Source: Nostoc punctiforme PCC 73102 (GTDB taxonomy: Bacteria > Cyanobacteriota > Cyanobacteriia > Cyanobacteriales > Nostocaceae). From it: DNA of 32,000 bases. The stretch is taken from NCBI RefSeq assembly GCF_000020025.1, contig NC_010628.1:960001-992000 (forward strand). Reading direction: 5' to 3'. Both the position numbers and the translations under genes were made by a program. The notes under the pieces are model-generated. The model was not told where the DNA came from, made no database searches, and was given only the letters and a program-made list of their open reading frames with translations. Positions 20,084 to 29,712 of the stretch are shown here, piece after piece (position 1 is the stretch's first letter; every line of letters begins with the position of its first letter).

Positions 20084-21223
20084 ATGACTTCACAATCTTC
20101 TCGTTCTGGCAAAATTCTGGTAGTTGATGACTCTCCTGATAACGTGTTTTTGATCAAAACTATTTTGGAGGAAGAAGGTTACACCATTAGCACCGCAGAA
20201 AATGGTATTTCAGCCTTGGCAGAATTGAAAGCTTCTCCTTGTGACTTAGTTCTGCTGGATCTGATGATGCCAGATATGGATGGCTACGAAGTTACTAAGC
20301 ACATTCGCGGTGATATGAAATTGCCGCAATATATCCCCATACTACTGATTACTGCCCACGATGCGCCTAATGTCGCCCACGGTTTAGATTTGGGTGCTGA
20401 TGATTTTATCCGCAAACCTGTAACTGTAGATGAATTGCTGGCACGAGTGCGATCGCTCCTACGTTTGAAGCATAGTATGGATGAACGTGATGAAATTGCC
20501 CGCCAGCGAGAAGATTTTGTCTCTCGTCTCACCCACGATTTACGCACTCCCTTAGTGGCGGCCGATCGTATGTTGATGCTATTTCAGCAAGGTGCATTGG
20601 GAACATTATCACCACAAATGCACGAAGTAATCACCATTATGGCCCGTAGTAATATCAACCTGCTGACTATGGTCAATACCTTATTGGAAGTTTATCGCTT
20701 TGAAGCAGGTCGCAAAAGTTTGGCATTTCAACCAGTTAATCTAGGACGTTTGCTAGAGGAGGTGACTGGAGAATTAGCACCACTAGCTCAAGATAAAACA
20801 CTGTCGCTAAATTTGGATTTTACTGAAGAGTCAAACACAGTTATGGGCGATCGCTTAGAATTGCATCGTCTATTTACAAACCTTATCGGCAATGCGATCA
20901 AATTTACCAATTCCGGGTCTGTGACTATTCGTTTTACTTCTCAACGACAGTTAGACAAAAGTAGTCAATCTCAGTTATCAGGAAAATCCAATTCCGTTGA
21001 ATATATTAGCATTGAGATCGCGGATACTGGCCCAGGTATTCCCACCGAAGAACAAGCCACCATATTTGAACGATTTCGTCAAGGTAGTCACAAGAGTTCT
21101 GGTAGTGGCTTAGGACTCTACCTTGCTCGTCGAATTGTCGAGGCACATCAAGGCATTATTTTGCTGAATTCTGAATTGGGGAAAGGTAGTGTATTTATTG
21201 TCCTTTTACCCGCCACAACATGA
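20084..21223 (+). CDS. Hybrid response regulator / histidine kinase (REC-HisKA-HATPase_c)
   Basis: 379 aa. REC: ILVVDDSPDN, LVLLDLMMPDMDG. H-box: SRLTHDLRTPL. N-box: NLIGNAIKFT. G-boxes: DTGPGI, GSGLGL. Confidence 0.92.
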   Translation: MTSQSSRSGKILVVDDSPDNVFLIKTILEEEGYTISTAENGISALAELKASPCDLVLLDLMMPDMDGYEVTKHIRGDMKLPQYIPILLITAHDAPNVAHGLDLGADDFIRKPVTVDELLARVRSLLRLKHSMDERDEIARQREDFVSRLTHDLRTPLVAADRMLMLFQQGALGTLSPQMHEVITIMARSNINLLTMVNTLLEVYRFEAGRKSLAFQPVNLGRLLEEVTGELAPLAQDKTLSLNLDFTEESNTVMGDRLELHRLFTNLIGNAIKFTNSGSVTIRFTSQRQLDKSSQSQLSGKSNSVEYISIEIADTGPGIPTEEQATIFERFRQGSHKSSGSGLGLYLARRIVEAHQGIILLNSELGKGSVFIVLLPATT

Positions 21224-21417
21224 GAAAATTAGCAATTATAATTTATGAATTACGGGGTATTTTATCCTGATATTTCATAAATTATAACTTTGCTAATATC
21301 TTCCAAGAATTTCAAGTCAATATTCTAATTAGCAAGTCAAACGCCAAAAAATGACGAATGAAATATGTTGAGATAGCAACGCTACATTCAAAACATAGTT
21401 TTTTAGGATACCAAACA

Positions 21418-22800
21418 ATGATTACCACTGAATTATCTAAGATTGGCGATATTATCCAGAATCAGCGAGAGTTTTTTGAAACTGGTAAAACTAAAGATGT
21501 CACTTTTCGCATTGAACAACTTAAAAATCTCAAGCAAGCCATAATTGAGCATGAACAAGCAATAGTCGAGGCATTAAAAGCGGATTTACATAAACCAGAA
21601 TTGGAGATTTACATTACAGAAATAGGCGTAATTAAGGAAATTGATTATGCTATAAAACATATCAATGCCTGGACTAAGCCCAAAAAAGCAGCAGTTTCCT
21701 TTGATTTTTTTTCTTACTCAGCAAAAATTTATCCAGAACCTTTAGGGGTTGTTTTAATCATTGGCCCTTGGAACTATCCATTTCAGTTAATTATCTCACC
21801 GTTAGTAGGTGCGATCGCAGCCGGGAATTGTGCAATTATCAAGCCTTCAGAAATTGCTTCTCATACCTCTGGTGTCATTGCTAAGATTATTGCCAAACAT
21901 TTCGACCCAGCTTATATTGCAGTCTTAGAAGGAGATGTGGAAGCAAGTCAAAAACTACTTGTAGAAAAGTTCGATCATATCTTTTTTACTGGTGGCACAG
22001 CTATCGGCAAAATTATCATGGCAGCAGCAGCCAAATATCTCACACCAGTGACTTTAGAATTGGGTGGTAAAAGTCCTTGTATAGTAGATACTGATATTAA
22101 TCTTGAACACACTGTTAGACGAATAACTTGGGGCAAATTTATTAATGCTGGGCAAACTTGTATCGCCCCTGACTATCTTTTAGTTAATAAAAAAATCAAA
22201 AAAGATTTAATAGATGGGCTGAAAAAGTGCCTAAAAGAATTTTATGGTGATAATCCTATAAGTAGTCCTGATTATGCTAGAATCATCAGTCAAAAACACT
22301 TTGATAGATTGGTGAATTTTCTCAAAGATGGTGAAGTTATCATCGGTGGAGAAAATCAATCTTCAGAGCGTTATATCGCTCCCACAGTGATTGATAATGT
22401 CTCTTCGGAAGATTCTGTAATGCAGGAAGAGATTTTTGGGCCAATTTTACCAATTATTGAATATACTGACGTTGCCGAAGCGATCGCGTTGATTAACTCT
22501 AGACCTAAACCCCTGGCGTTATACTTATTTTCTCAAAACAAAAACTTGCAAAAGCGAGTTTTGCAGGAAACTTCATCTGGTGGGGTCTGCATCAATGACA
22601 CAGTAATACAGGTTGGTGTCTCGTCTTTACCATTTGGTGGGGTAGGAGATAGCGGCATTGGCAACTATCACGGCAAAGCTAGTTTTGACACTTTTTCCCA
22701 CAACAAAAGTGTATTGCAAAACTCTTTCTGGCTCGATTTAAAATGGCGATACGCTCCTTATGAAGGCAAATTGCCACTCATAAAGAAACTTTTGGGTTAA
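21418..22800 (+). CDS. Aldehyde dehydrogenase, class-3-like NAD(P)+ dependent
   Basis: Starts at ATG 21418 (MITTELSK), giving about 460 aa. Motifs are GPWNYP, LELGGKSP, catalytic GQTCIAPDY and EEIFGPILP. Confidence 0.9.
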   Translation: MITTELSKIGDIIQNQREFFETGKTKDVTFRIEQLKNLKQAIIEHEQAIVEALKADLHKPELEIYITEIGVIKEIDYAIKHINAWTKPKKAAVSFDFFSYSAKIYPEPLGVVLIIGPWNYPFQLIISPLVGAIAAGNCAIIKPSEIASHTSGVIAKIIAKHFDPAYIAVLEGDVEASQKLLVEKFDHIFFTGGTAIGKIIMAAAAKYLTPVTLELGGKSPCIVDTDINLEHTVRRITWGKFINAGQTCIAPDYLLVNKKIKKDLIDGLKKCLKEFYGDNPISSPDYARIISQKHFDRLVNFLKDGEVIIGGENQSSERYIAPTVIDNVSSEDSVMQEEIFGPILPIIEYTDVAEAIALINSRPKPLALYLFSQNKNLQKRVLQETSSGGVCINDTVIQVGVSSLPFGGVGDSGIGNYHGKASFDTFSHNKSVLQNSFWLDLKWRYAPYEGKLPLIKKLLG

Positions 22801-22889
22801 AAAAATTAGAAGTTAAGGATAAAAATCCACAACTCCTAATTATGCCAATTTTAGATTTTGAATTTTGGATTAAAGAAGAAATTTAAAAT

Positions 22890-23495
22890 CTAAAATCCAA
22901 AAGCGTTGCTGTAACGCTCCTCAGCCCAAGGTTCACCACGGCGATGGTAGCCATTGCGTTCCCAAAAACCAAGTTCTTCACCAGCTAAAAACTCTAAACC
23001 ATTAATCCACTTAGCACTTTTCCAAGCGTAGAGGTGGGGAACAACTAGCCGCATTGGGCCACCGTGTTCAGATGGAAGGTCTTCACCAAAGACTTTAAAG
23101 GCAAAGAAGTTTTCTTCCCGGATGAAATCTTCTACAGAAATATTGGTAGTGTAGCCGCCGTAGCAGTGTTCCATAATGTGGGCTACTTTCGGATCTAGCT
23201 CAATCAGATCCATGAAATCTGTAACTTTAATGCCAGTCCATTTGACATCAAGCTTAGACCAGCGCGTTACACAGTGGAAGTCTGCCGTGAATTCGTGTTG
23301 AGGTAGCGCCATAAAGTCTGACCAACTAAAAGTGGCAGGTTTTGCCAAACCCCAAACTCGAAACTCCCATTCCTCAATGCTGACTTGAGGAGTTGCGCCG
23401 TAAGTTAGTACGGGGAAACCTTTAGCTAAGTGTTGACCAGGAGGAACACGTTCCCCTTCTTCTTTCCCTGGTTTGTGAAAAAATTTTCCTAGCAT
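22890..23495 (-). CDS. Sulfite-oxidase-like molybdopterin oxidoreductase (small, single domain)
   Basis: 201 aa. FHCVTRWS (Mo-ligand Cys), HGGPMRLVVPHLYAWKSAKW. Confidence 0.8.
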   Translation of the reverse strand: MLGKFFHKPGKEEGERVPPGQHLAKGFPVLTYGATPQVSIEEWEFRVWGLAKPATFSWSDFMALPQHEFTADFHCVTRWSKLDVKWTGIKVTDFMDLIELDPKVAHIMEHCYGGYTTNISVEDFIREENFFAFKVFGEDLPSEHGGPMRLVVPHLYAWKSAKWINGLEFLAGEELGFWERNGYHRRGEPWAEERYSNAFGF

Positions 23496-23770
23496 AGTTG
23501 GAGAAAAATAAGTTTTCTCAAGGTGTTTACAAGCTTTTTTGCTGAATTGCCAACACTACCAGATGTTTTACTTTTATATGATTTGATTATTACTCATCAG
23601 TGATCGGTAATGGGTAATGGATGTTCCCAATTACTCACTACCAGTTTTTCTCGAGCTAATGAGCTTGTGTAGAGTATCTATGATTCAAAATGCAATCAGG
23701 AAAGCTAATAAAAAGCGTTGATCCAGTAGTAAGAAGATTGGTGCTGTTTATGCTTTACCTGACTGGGAAA

Positions 23771-23944
23771 TTATGATTCTTCTTCCTCTTCTTCAGCCGT
23801 TGGATACACAAATGTAGAACGTCCAGTCAAAATTGACTTACCCAGAGAGAGGGCTTTCTGAGCTTCGACGACGGCTTTGTGCCTCCATGTAGCTCGACGT
23901 TTATCTCGTTTTGATTTGGAAGTTTTCTTCTTAGGAACAGCCAT
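23771..23944 (-). CDS. rpmF: 50S ribosomal protein L32
   Basis: [20 protein letters not shown] from ATG 23944, with an acidic EEEEEES tail. Confidence 0.93.
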   Translation of the reverse strand: MAVPKKKTSKSKRDKRRATWRHKAVVEAQKALSLGKSILTGRSTFVYPTAEEEEEES

Positions 23945-24111
23945 GTCAGCAGATATCGTGATTCTTGACAACCTTCTTATTCTAGGCCATCCACTGACGC
24001 GAAGAACAACAGCTAAGTTGAATTGATAGGTTGAGATTGAAGTAGGACACGGAAATAGAGGGGATTGTTTAAGTATTCCACTCTTTACATTTCCGTGTCT
24101 AGCTCAATCCT

Positions 24112-24594
24112 TCATTTTTTGCTTGATATACCATTAGCTGCTGTAGAGCTATTGTCAAAGAAAAGTAGCGATCGCGCAGTTTTGAAGTAAGTAGCCCAGT
24201 TTTGGGCATCGGGACGCGATCGCCATTGGGGACGACTCACATCTAATGCCAGAACTGGTGCGATCGCTCCAAAATTTTGTACGGATACAATGATTGAAAC
24301 ATCTGTCACCAAGATATCTTGGTCGAAGCTCCTTTGGGCGGCTGCTCTAGCGGCCGCTTCTGCCCTCCGTAGAACGGTTTCATAGTTTTCTTCCGGCAGG
24401 CGGTCAATAGCTAGATCGACTCTAGCGGTGTAAGCTCGCACAACCTGAGGCGCGATTGCTTCCGTCAAAAACCACGCAGGAATAGTGGATATGAGCAAAA
24501 TTAATAAAGGAACTATCCGGATTCTTCTGGCAATTTGGCTAATAACTGAAAAGGGAGTGATCGATGATGGTAGGTGAGCAGCAATCTTGCTCAT
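24112..24594 (-). CDS. Hypothetical membrane-anchored protein
   Basis: 160-aa ORF with one N-terminal hydrophobic helix (IVPLLILLISTIPAWFL). No family recognised. Confidence 0.6.
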   Translation of the reverse strand: MSKIAAHLPSSITPFSVISQIARRIRIVPLLILLISTIPAWFLTEAIAPQVVRAYTARVDLAIDRLPEENYETVLRRAEAAARAAAQRSFDQDILVTDVSIIVSVQNFGAIAPVLALDVSRPQWRSRPDAQNWATYFKTARSLLFFDNSSTAANGISSKK

Positions 24595-24793
24595 GACCTT
24601 CTATCTCCTTAGTGATGATCTGTTATTGAAATTAGGTAAAAGGTATTTTCCGACTATCAAACGTAATAAAAATTACATTCTAGCTTAAGATTCGATGAGA
24701 ATCACCTAGACTATAAGACATAGGTTAGCTTTGTTTTTTGGCAAAGCCAACCGCAATTTTAAGACCAGCAAACAATAACTGACAAAGAGCGGG

Positions 24794-26695
24794 ATGGCAA
24801 ATTACTGGGCGATCGCGATTGGCATCAATCACTATCAGTTATTTCAACCTTTAAGTTGTGCCCAAGCCGATGCTGAGGCACTAGAGGATTTTTTGGTGAC
24901 AGAGGCAGGCTTTCTCCCCAAACATTGCCTGCTAATGACGGATACTTCGCCGCCAATTGGAGATCGATCAACTTATCCAACTAAAGAGAATATTCTGCTG
25001 CTGCTTGAGGATTTGGCAGCCACAAGTTGGCAACCGGAAGACTATCTGTGGTTATTCTTTAGCGGTTATGGAGTGAATTACAAGGGCAAAGATTACTTAA
25101 TGCCAGCAGAGGGCAACCCCGAACTCGTGCAAGAGACTGGCATAGAATTGCGATCGCTAATGCAAAGTCTCCAACTTGCTGACTTGAATGTATTGCTACT
25201 ACTTGATATCAACCGCGCTTTTGGCACTCAAGCTGATGCTCCCGTTGGTGAAGAAACAATAGAACTAGCCCAAGAACTACAACTAGCGACAATTCTTTCT
25301 TGTCAACCAGAACAATTTTCCCACGAAAGTAGCGAATTAGGTCACGGATTCTTTACAGCAGCTTTATTAGAAGCTTTGCGTTCTGGTAATGGCAGTAACC
25401 TGTCAGATTTAGAAAGTTACCTAAGTCTGCTCATGCCAAAATTATGTCACCACCACTGGCGGCCTGTCCAAAACCCTGCAACTATCATCCCATCAAGGGC
25501 ACAGATAATCTTGCCAGAATTGGCAATGGAAAGTGACTTTGAAGCAAATCCGGTGATTTATCCTGAAGAATCTTTTGCTGTTGCTCTTGCAGCCCCTCCC
25601 CTTGACGATTACCCCAGAACTTCAGCAGAACGGGGCAGATGGGGAGAAGCTACTGTGAACTCCTCCCAGCAGGTGAAGGCTTATAAGGTTGAGAAGCCTA
25701 AAGGTCAACCAGTCCAGGAGTCAGCTACTAGCTTAGTTTCCCAGCCAATGGCGGAAACTTCTTTAGGAGCGAATCCCAAGGGAAGATTTATCCCTAATTC
25801 CTCCAAAGGTTACGTCTCTCGATTGCCATCAAATCAGCCAAGTCTCCCTTTTTGGAAACAGTTTATCTTGTGGGGTGGAGGCAGCTTGCTAGTAGCAGGT
25901 TTAATTGCTGTAGTTTTTCTTCGCAATCAAGAAACTTTTAGAATTAAGCCAATATCAAGCACATCGCCTAATGCTACTGCTAGCGATCGCCAGGTAATTG
26001 AGAATTTACCAAGCGATGTCTCCGACGAGCTACGCCTACGCACTTCAGTTGTTAGACTTAACAATCAATCTAGCGCCGAAATCATCTCTACTTCCGAGTC
26101 GAAAAAGCGGAATCAAGCAGTATTAGACTTGGCAAAAATGTCGCTCAGACAAACTCAGGCTAGCGATTTGAGTATGGCGATCGCTACAGCCCGGAAAATT
26201 AAACCTGGTGAACCACTGTACGAACAAGCTCAGGAAAATATTAAGATTTGGAGCCGAATGATTTTAGATTTAGCAGAGGGTCGTGCTAAACAAAGACAGT
26301 ATGCTAGCGCTATTGCCGCCGCTCGATTAATTACCAAAGATGAAGCCCCCTACGCCAAAGCACAAGCAGTAATTAACCTGTGGCGGCTAGAGGGTAAGCA
26401 GTATGTGAGTAACAAAACTCTTTTAGATGCAGCTAATGCCTTAATTAAGTCTGGACAGGCATCTACCTACAATCGGGCGATCGAAGTTGCCAAGAAAGTA
26501 CCAGCAGGTCAACCAGGCTTTGATAGTGCCCAAAAGTCGATCAATAAATGGAGTGAGAAAATTTTAGACCTGGCCAAGCGTCGCGCTGCCGAAGGAGATC
26601 GCAATGCGGCAATTGCGACTGCTGCGTTAGTGCCAGAGGAAACAGCCGCTTATGAAGATGCTCAGGATGCCATTCAAAAATGGCAAAAGAAATAG
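24794..26695 (+). CDS. Pseudo-orthocaspase: a caspase-like (C14) domain lacking the His-Cys dyad, then a TM helix and a repeated C-terminal domain
   Basis: 633 aa. The p20-like region is YWAIAIGINHY ... LWLFFSGYG (Tyr92 where His is expected) ... LLLLDINRAFG (Asn140 where Cys is expected). TM helix FILWGGGSLLVAGLIAVVFL. The C-terminus holds four copies of a roughly 35-aa A..A..I......Y..AQ..I..W repeat. Confidence 0.8.
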   Translation: MANYWAIAIGINHYQLFQPLSCAQADAEALEDFLVTEAGFLPKHCLLMTDTSPPIGDRSTYPTKENILLLLEDLAATSWQPEDYLWLFFSGYGVNYKGKDYLMPAEGNPELVQETGIELRSLMQSLQLADLNVLLLLDINRAFGTQADAPVGEETIELAQELQLATILSCQPEQFSHESSELGHGFFTAALLEALRSGNGSNLSDLESYLSLLMPKLCHHHWRPVQNPATIIPSRAQIILPELAMESDFEANPVIYPEESFAVALAAPPLDDYPRTSAERGRWGEATVNSSQQVKAYKVEKPKGQPVQESATSLVSQPMAETSLGANPKGRFIPNSSKGYVSRLPSNQPSLPFWKQFILWGGGSLLVAGLIAVVFLRNQETFRIKPISSTSPNATASDRQVIENLPSDVSDELRLRTSVVRLNNQSSAEIISTSESKKRNQAVLDLAKMSLRQTQASDLSMAIATARKIKPGEPLYEQAQENIKIWSRMILDLAEGRAKQRQYASAIAAARLITKDEAPYAKAQAVINLWRLEGKQYVSNKTLLDAANALIKSGQASTYNRAIEVAKKVPAGQPGFDSAQKSINKWSEKILDLAKRRAAEGDRNAAIATAALVPEETAAYEDAQDAIQKWQKK

Positions 26696-26715
26696 TAAAA
26701 AAATAATAAATAATG

Positions 26716-26785
26716 GTTAGGAGTTAGGAATTAGGAGTTATATTATTGATCCCCGACCTCTTACTCCTGACTCCTAACTTTTTCC
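26716..26785 (+). terminator. STRR (TTAGGAG) hairpin plus T-run; terminator of the orthocaspase-like gene
   Basis: gttaggagttagga... pairs with ...tactcctgactcctaac, followed by TTTTT. Confidence 0.6.
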
Positions 26786-26805
26786 TCAGCGCTCATATCT
26801 CAGTA

Positions 26806-27183
26806 TTAGCAGTACTGCGATACATCTTCGCCACACTCGTCGGCTAGATAGCACAACGCTCGGAAACGTAAACCAACCACTTCTTCATATAAGGGGTTGA
26901 GCTTGCACATGGGTGGGATGTGAAACAAGGTTTTCCCAAATACTTTGACATCGCGCTCAAAGGGGCATTGAGATGGGATCAGTTTGCACAAACGGTGAGC
27001 TAATTGGCGATCGCTGACTTGAATGTTTTCTACTCGTTGCCGTAAGGGTTGGAGAATATCCCAGTAAGGCTTAGAAGGAGAATGGTTAAGCTGGCTTACT
27101 TTATGGTCAGTAGTCTCTGCTTGATTGATTGATACCCAGCTTGCCAGAAAAATCTTTTTCGTGGTATTGTCGAATACCTTCAT
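26806..27183 (-). CDS. Mo-dependent nitrogenase C-terminal domain family protein
   Basis: 125 aa. LCKLIPSQCPFERDV..FG..LFHIPPMCKLNPLYEE..GLRFRALCYLADECGED matches the Mo-nitro_C family pattern as recalled. Confidence 0.65.
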   Translation of the reverse strand: MKVFDNTTKKIFLASWVSINQAETTDHKVSQLNHSPSKPYWDILQPLRQRVENIQVSDRQLAHRLCKLIPSQCPFERDVKVFGKTLFHIPPMCKLNPLYEEVVGLRFRALCYLADECGEDVSQYC

Positions 27184-27819
27184 GGTTAATCCTCTGTGTT
27201 ATTGAGGTTATTCACCTTTTTGATGAATATATACAGCGTGGCAACGAACTTTCCCGGAAAAATCGCGTTCTGACTGCGATATAATGTAATACCTGATTAG
27301 CCACTTAAGTCAGAACCTAATTTATTACTACGTCAAGTTAATCGCAAATTTATGGGGATCGGTAGTGTAATATTACGATCTTGTTCATAACTTGACACAG
27401 TTTAAATTTTAATAAAGACATCCATCATTGGATAGGTTTTAGTGTAACATTTACAGAACTTAATATAAGGTGTTTCTAAAAGAATTTTTGCTAAGTATAA
27501 ACATCAGTAATATCCTAGAAGGCTTTTTCCTCTCCGTGTTCCCACTTTCTCACGTAAGTGAGTCGTGTTCATCGCTGGCTGAATACCGTAGAAGTAGTGA
27601 TTTTTGATTGAGTAGAATAGATCGCATTTCACAAAGCTTAGGTTGGCAGAACGGTTTGAGAGTGATATAGTCTGAAGCTTTAAAATCAGATGAACTTCTT
27701 GATTATGGGTGTTTCTGTACTCTACAGCGCAATCCATCCTGGCAGTACGCTGTACGCACGCCTTCAGTGACAGCAACCTAACAAGTTAGATCGAAGAACT
27801 ATAGGCAAGCTCTATACCC

Positions 27820-27869
27820 ATGAGAAAAGAAAGCGCAAAGACGTTCAGAAAAATTCTGTGTCTTTGCGC
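27820..27869 (-). terminator. Rho-independent terminator downstream of rnj
   Basis: Perfect 10-bp stem GCGCAAAGAC (27833-27842) / GTCTTTGCGC (27860-27869). On the minus strand it is followed by UUUCUUUUCUC. Confidence 0.7.
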
Positions 27870-27939
27870 CCATCGAGATTTGAGCGGTGAAAGCCACTGC
27901 TCAAACTTCTCTCTGTATGAGATTTTTACCTTAAATTCT

Positions 27940-29712
27940 CTATGATGCTACCTGAGCAGCAGTCCGAGTCCGCCGTCTTCTGCCATCGGCAACTTTTACA
28001 GGTGGCTCATCAGGGATTTGCATCAACAAAGTCACAGATGGCTGACATTGCAATTCTCGACGGATAGAACGTTGCAATTCTCGTTCTAAAGTTCCTTGCA
28101 ATCCACCCCAGTCTATATCTGCTGCTTCACCTTGCTCAGGAGCAAATTCTGTCCAACGCACAGTGAGGATTTCTTCAATCCGTTGTTTTACCCAGGTTTG
28201 TAACAGCGATCGCTCTACAGTTGTAACTACACCCCGAAGGTGAGTTTCTGGTTTCGCCAACAGTTTACCATTCCAATCAATGGCAGCTGCGATCGTGATA
28301 ATGCCTTCTGAAGCCATGCGTTGGCGTTCTTGCAGCACTTTCGCACTTACCATACCCGAACTAGTAGTATCCACCAATTCGATACCAGATGGCACTTTCC
28401 CAGCGACGCGAATAGCATCTTCAGTCAGTTCGACAATATCACCATTCTGAATAATGATCATATTTTCTGAGGGAATGCCCATACTCTGAGCCGTTTCTGC
28501 GTGCTTCACTAGCATCCGATGTTCGCCGTGAAATGGCACAAAGAACTTGGGTCGAGTTAAGGCAATCATCAGCTTTTGCTCTTCCTGACAGCCGTGACCG
28601 GAGACGTGAATCCCTTTGTCCCGTCCATATACCACTTTTGCACCCTGAATCATTAATTTATCAATGGTGTTGACTACAGCGATCGTATTTCCGGGAATTG
28701 GGTTAGCAGAGAATACTACCGTATCTCCTTGGCGGATTTTAATATGGGGATGTTCTTTATTGGCAATGCGAGTCATTGCTGCCATCGACTCACCCTGAGA
28801 ACCTGTAGTTAAAATTAGTACTTTTTCATCAGGCAGATTTCGGACTGCATGTAATGGTTGCAGCAGATTATCTTCACACTTGATGTAACCTAGATTACGC
28901 GCATGAGCAATCAAGTTCAGCATGGAACGCCCTACAATCGTCACTACACGATTTTGCTTCTTGGCGATATCCAAAATCATATTGATGCGATGCACGCTAG
29001 AAGCAAAGGTTGTGACAAATAATCGCCCAGTGGCTTGACTAAATACTCTCTCCAGATTTGGATAAACTGAACGTTCTGAAGGTGTAAATCCTGGTATCTC
29101 AGCATTAGTGGAATCACTTAGCAGACAAAGAACGCCTTTTTCACCATGTTCTGCTAATCGTTGTAAATCAAACTTTTCACCATCTACTGGGGTATGGTCA
29201 ATTTTGAAATCCCCTGTGTGAATGACTACACCAAGGGGAGTATGAATGGCAACAGTGAAACTATCAGCGATGGAGTGGGTGTTACGGATATATTCCACTA
29301 AAAAGTTTTTGCCAATCCGCACTACATCGCGTGGTAAAACTGTTCTGATTTCTGTGCGATCGCGGACTCCTGCTTCTTCCAATTTACCCTCTAGCATCGC
29401 CATTGCTAGCCTAGGCCCATAAATCACGGGGATATCAAACTGCTTAAGATGGAAAGCAATCCCACCGATATGGTCTTCATGACCGTGAGTGACAATCATC
29501 CCCTTAATTTTGTGGCGATTTTCCCGTAGATAGGTCGTATCTGGCAAAACAATATTTACTCCATGCATCGCCTCTGTAGGAAAAGCCAATCCTGCATCTA
29601 ATAGGATGATTTCATCGTCATACTCAAAAAGACAGGTATTTTTTCCAATTTCGTGCAAACCGCCCAAAGGAATAATTTTCAAGGCGGAATTATTAGCTTC
29701 GTTTTTAGCCAT
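27940..29712 (-). CDS. rnj: Ribonuclease J
   Basis: 590 aa. LKIIPLGGLHEIGKN, THGHEDHIGG (metallo-beta-lactamase motif 2), beta-CASP region, HVSGHG, FVPFHGE. Confidence 0.95.
   Translation of the reverse strand: MAKNEANNSALKIIPLGGLHEIGKNTCLFEYDDEIILLDAGLAFPTEAMHGVNIVLPDTTYLRENRHKIKGMIVTHGHEDHIGGIAFHLKQFDIPVIYGPRLAMAMLEGKLEEAGVRDRTEIRTVLPRDVVRIGKNFLVEYIRNTHSIADSFTVAIHTPLGVVIHTGDFKIDHTPVDGEKFDLQRLAEHGEKGVLCLLSDSTNAEIPGFTPSERSVYPNLERVFSQATGRLFVTTFASSVHRINMILDIAKKQNRVVTIVGRSMLNLIAHARNLGYIKCEDNLLQPLHAVRNLPDEKVLILTTGSQGESMAAMTRIANKEHPHIKIRQGDTVVFSANPIPGNTIAVVNTIDKLMIQGAKVVYGRDKGIHVSGHGCQEEQKLMIALTRPKFFVPFHGEHRMLVKHAETAQSMGIPSENMIIIQNGDIVELTEDAIRVAGKVPSGIELVDTTSSGMVSAKVLQERQRMASEGIITIAAAIDWNGKLLAKPETHLRGVVTTVERSLLQTWVKQRIEEILTVRWTEFAPEQGEAADIDWGGLQGTLERELQRSIRRELQCQPSVTLLMQIPDEPPVKVADGRRRRTRTAAQVAS

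Noticed and set aside
27251-27260. Heterocyst DIF-type promoter motif upstream of the Mo-nitro_C gene (minus strand reads TCCGGG)
   Set aside because: It has one mismatch to the TCCGGA consensus, and its spacing to the nearest TA-rich -10 candidate is 17-19 nt. A 6-mer with a mismatch is expected by chance.
27504-27776. 90-aa minus-strand ORF in the long rnj / Mo-nitro_C spacer
   Set aside because: It has no recognisable motif. It runs through repeat-like and hairpin sequence, and it has odd composition and no obvious start context. I treated the region as non-coding.
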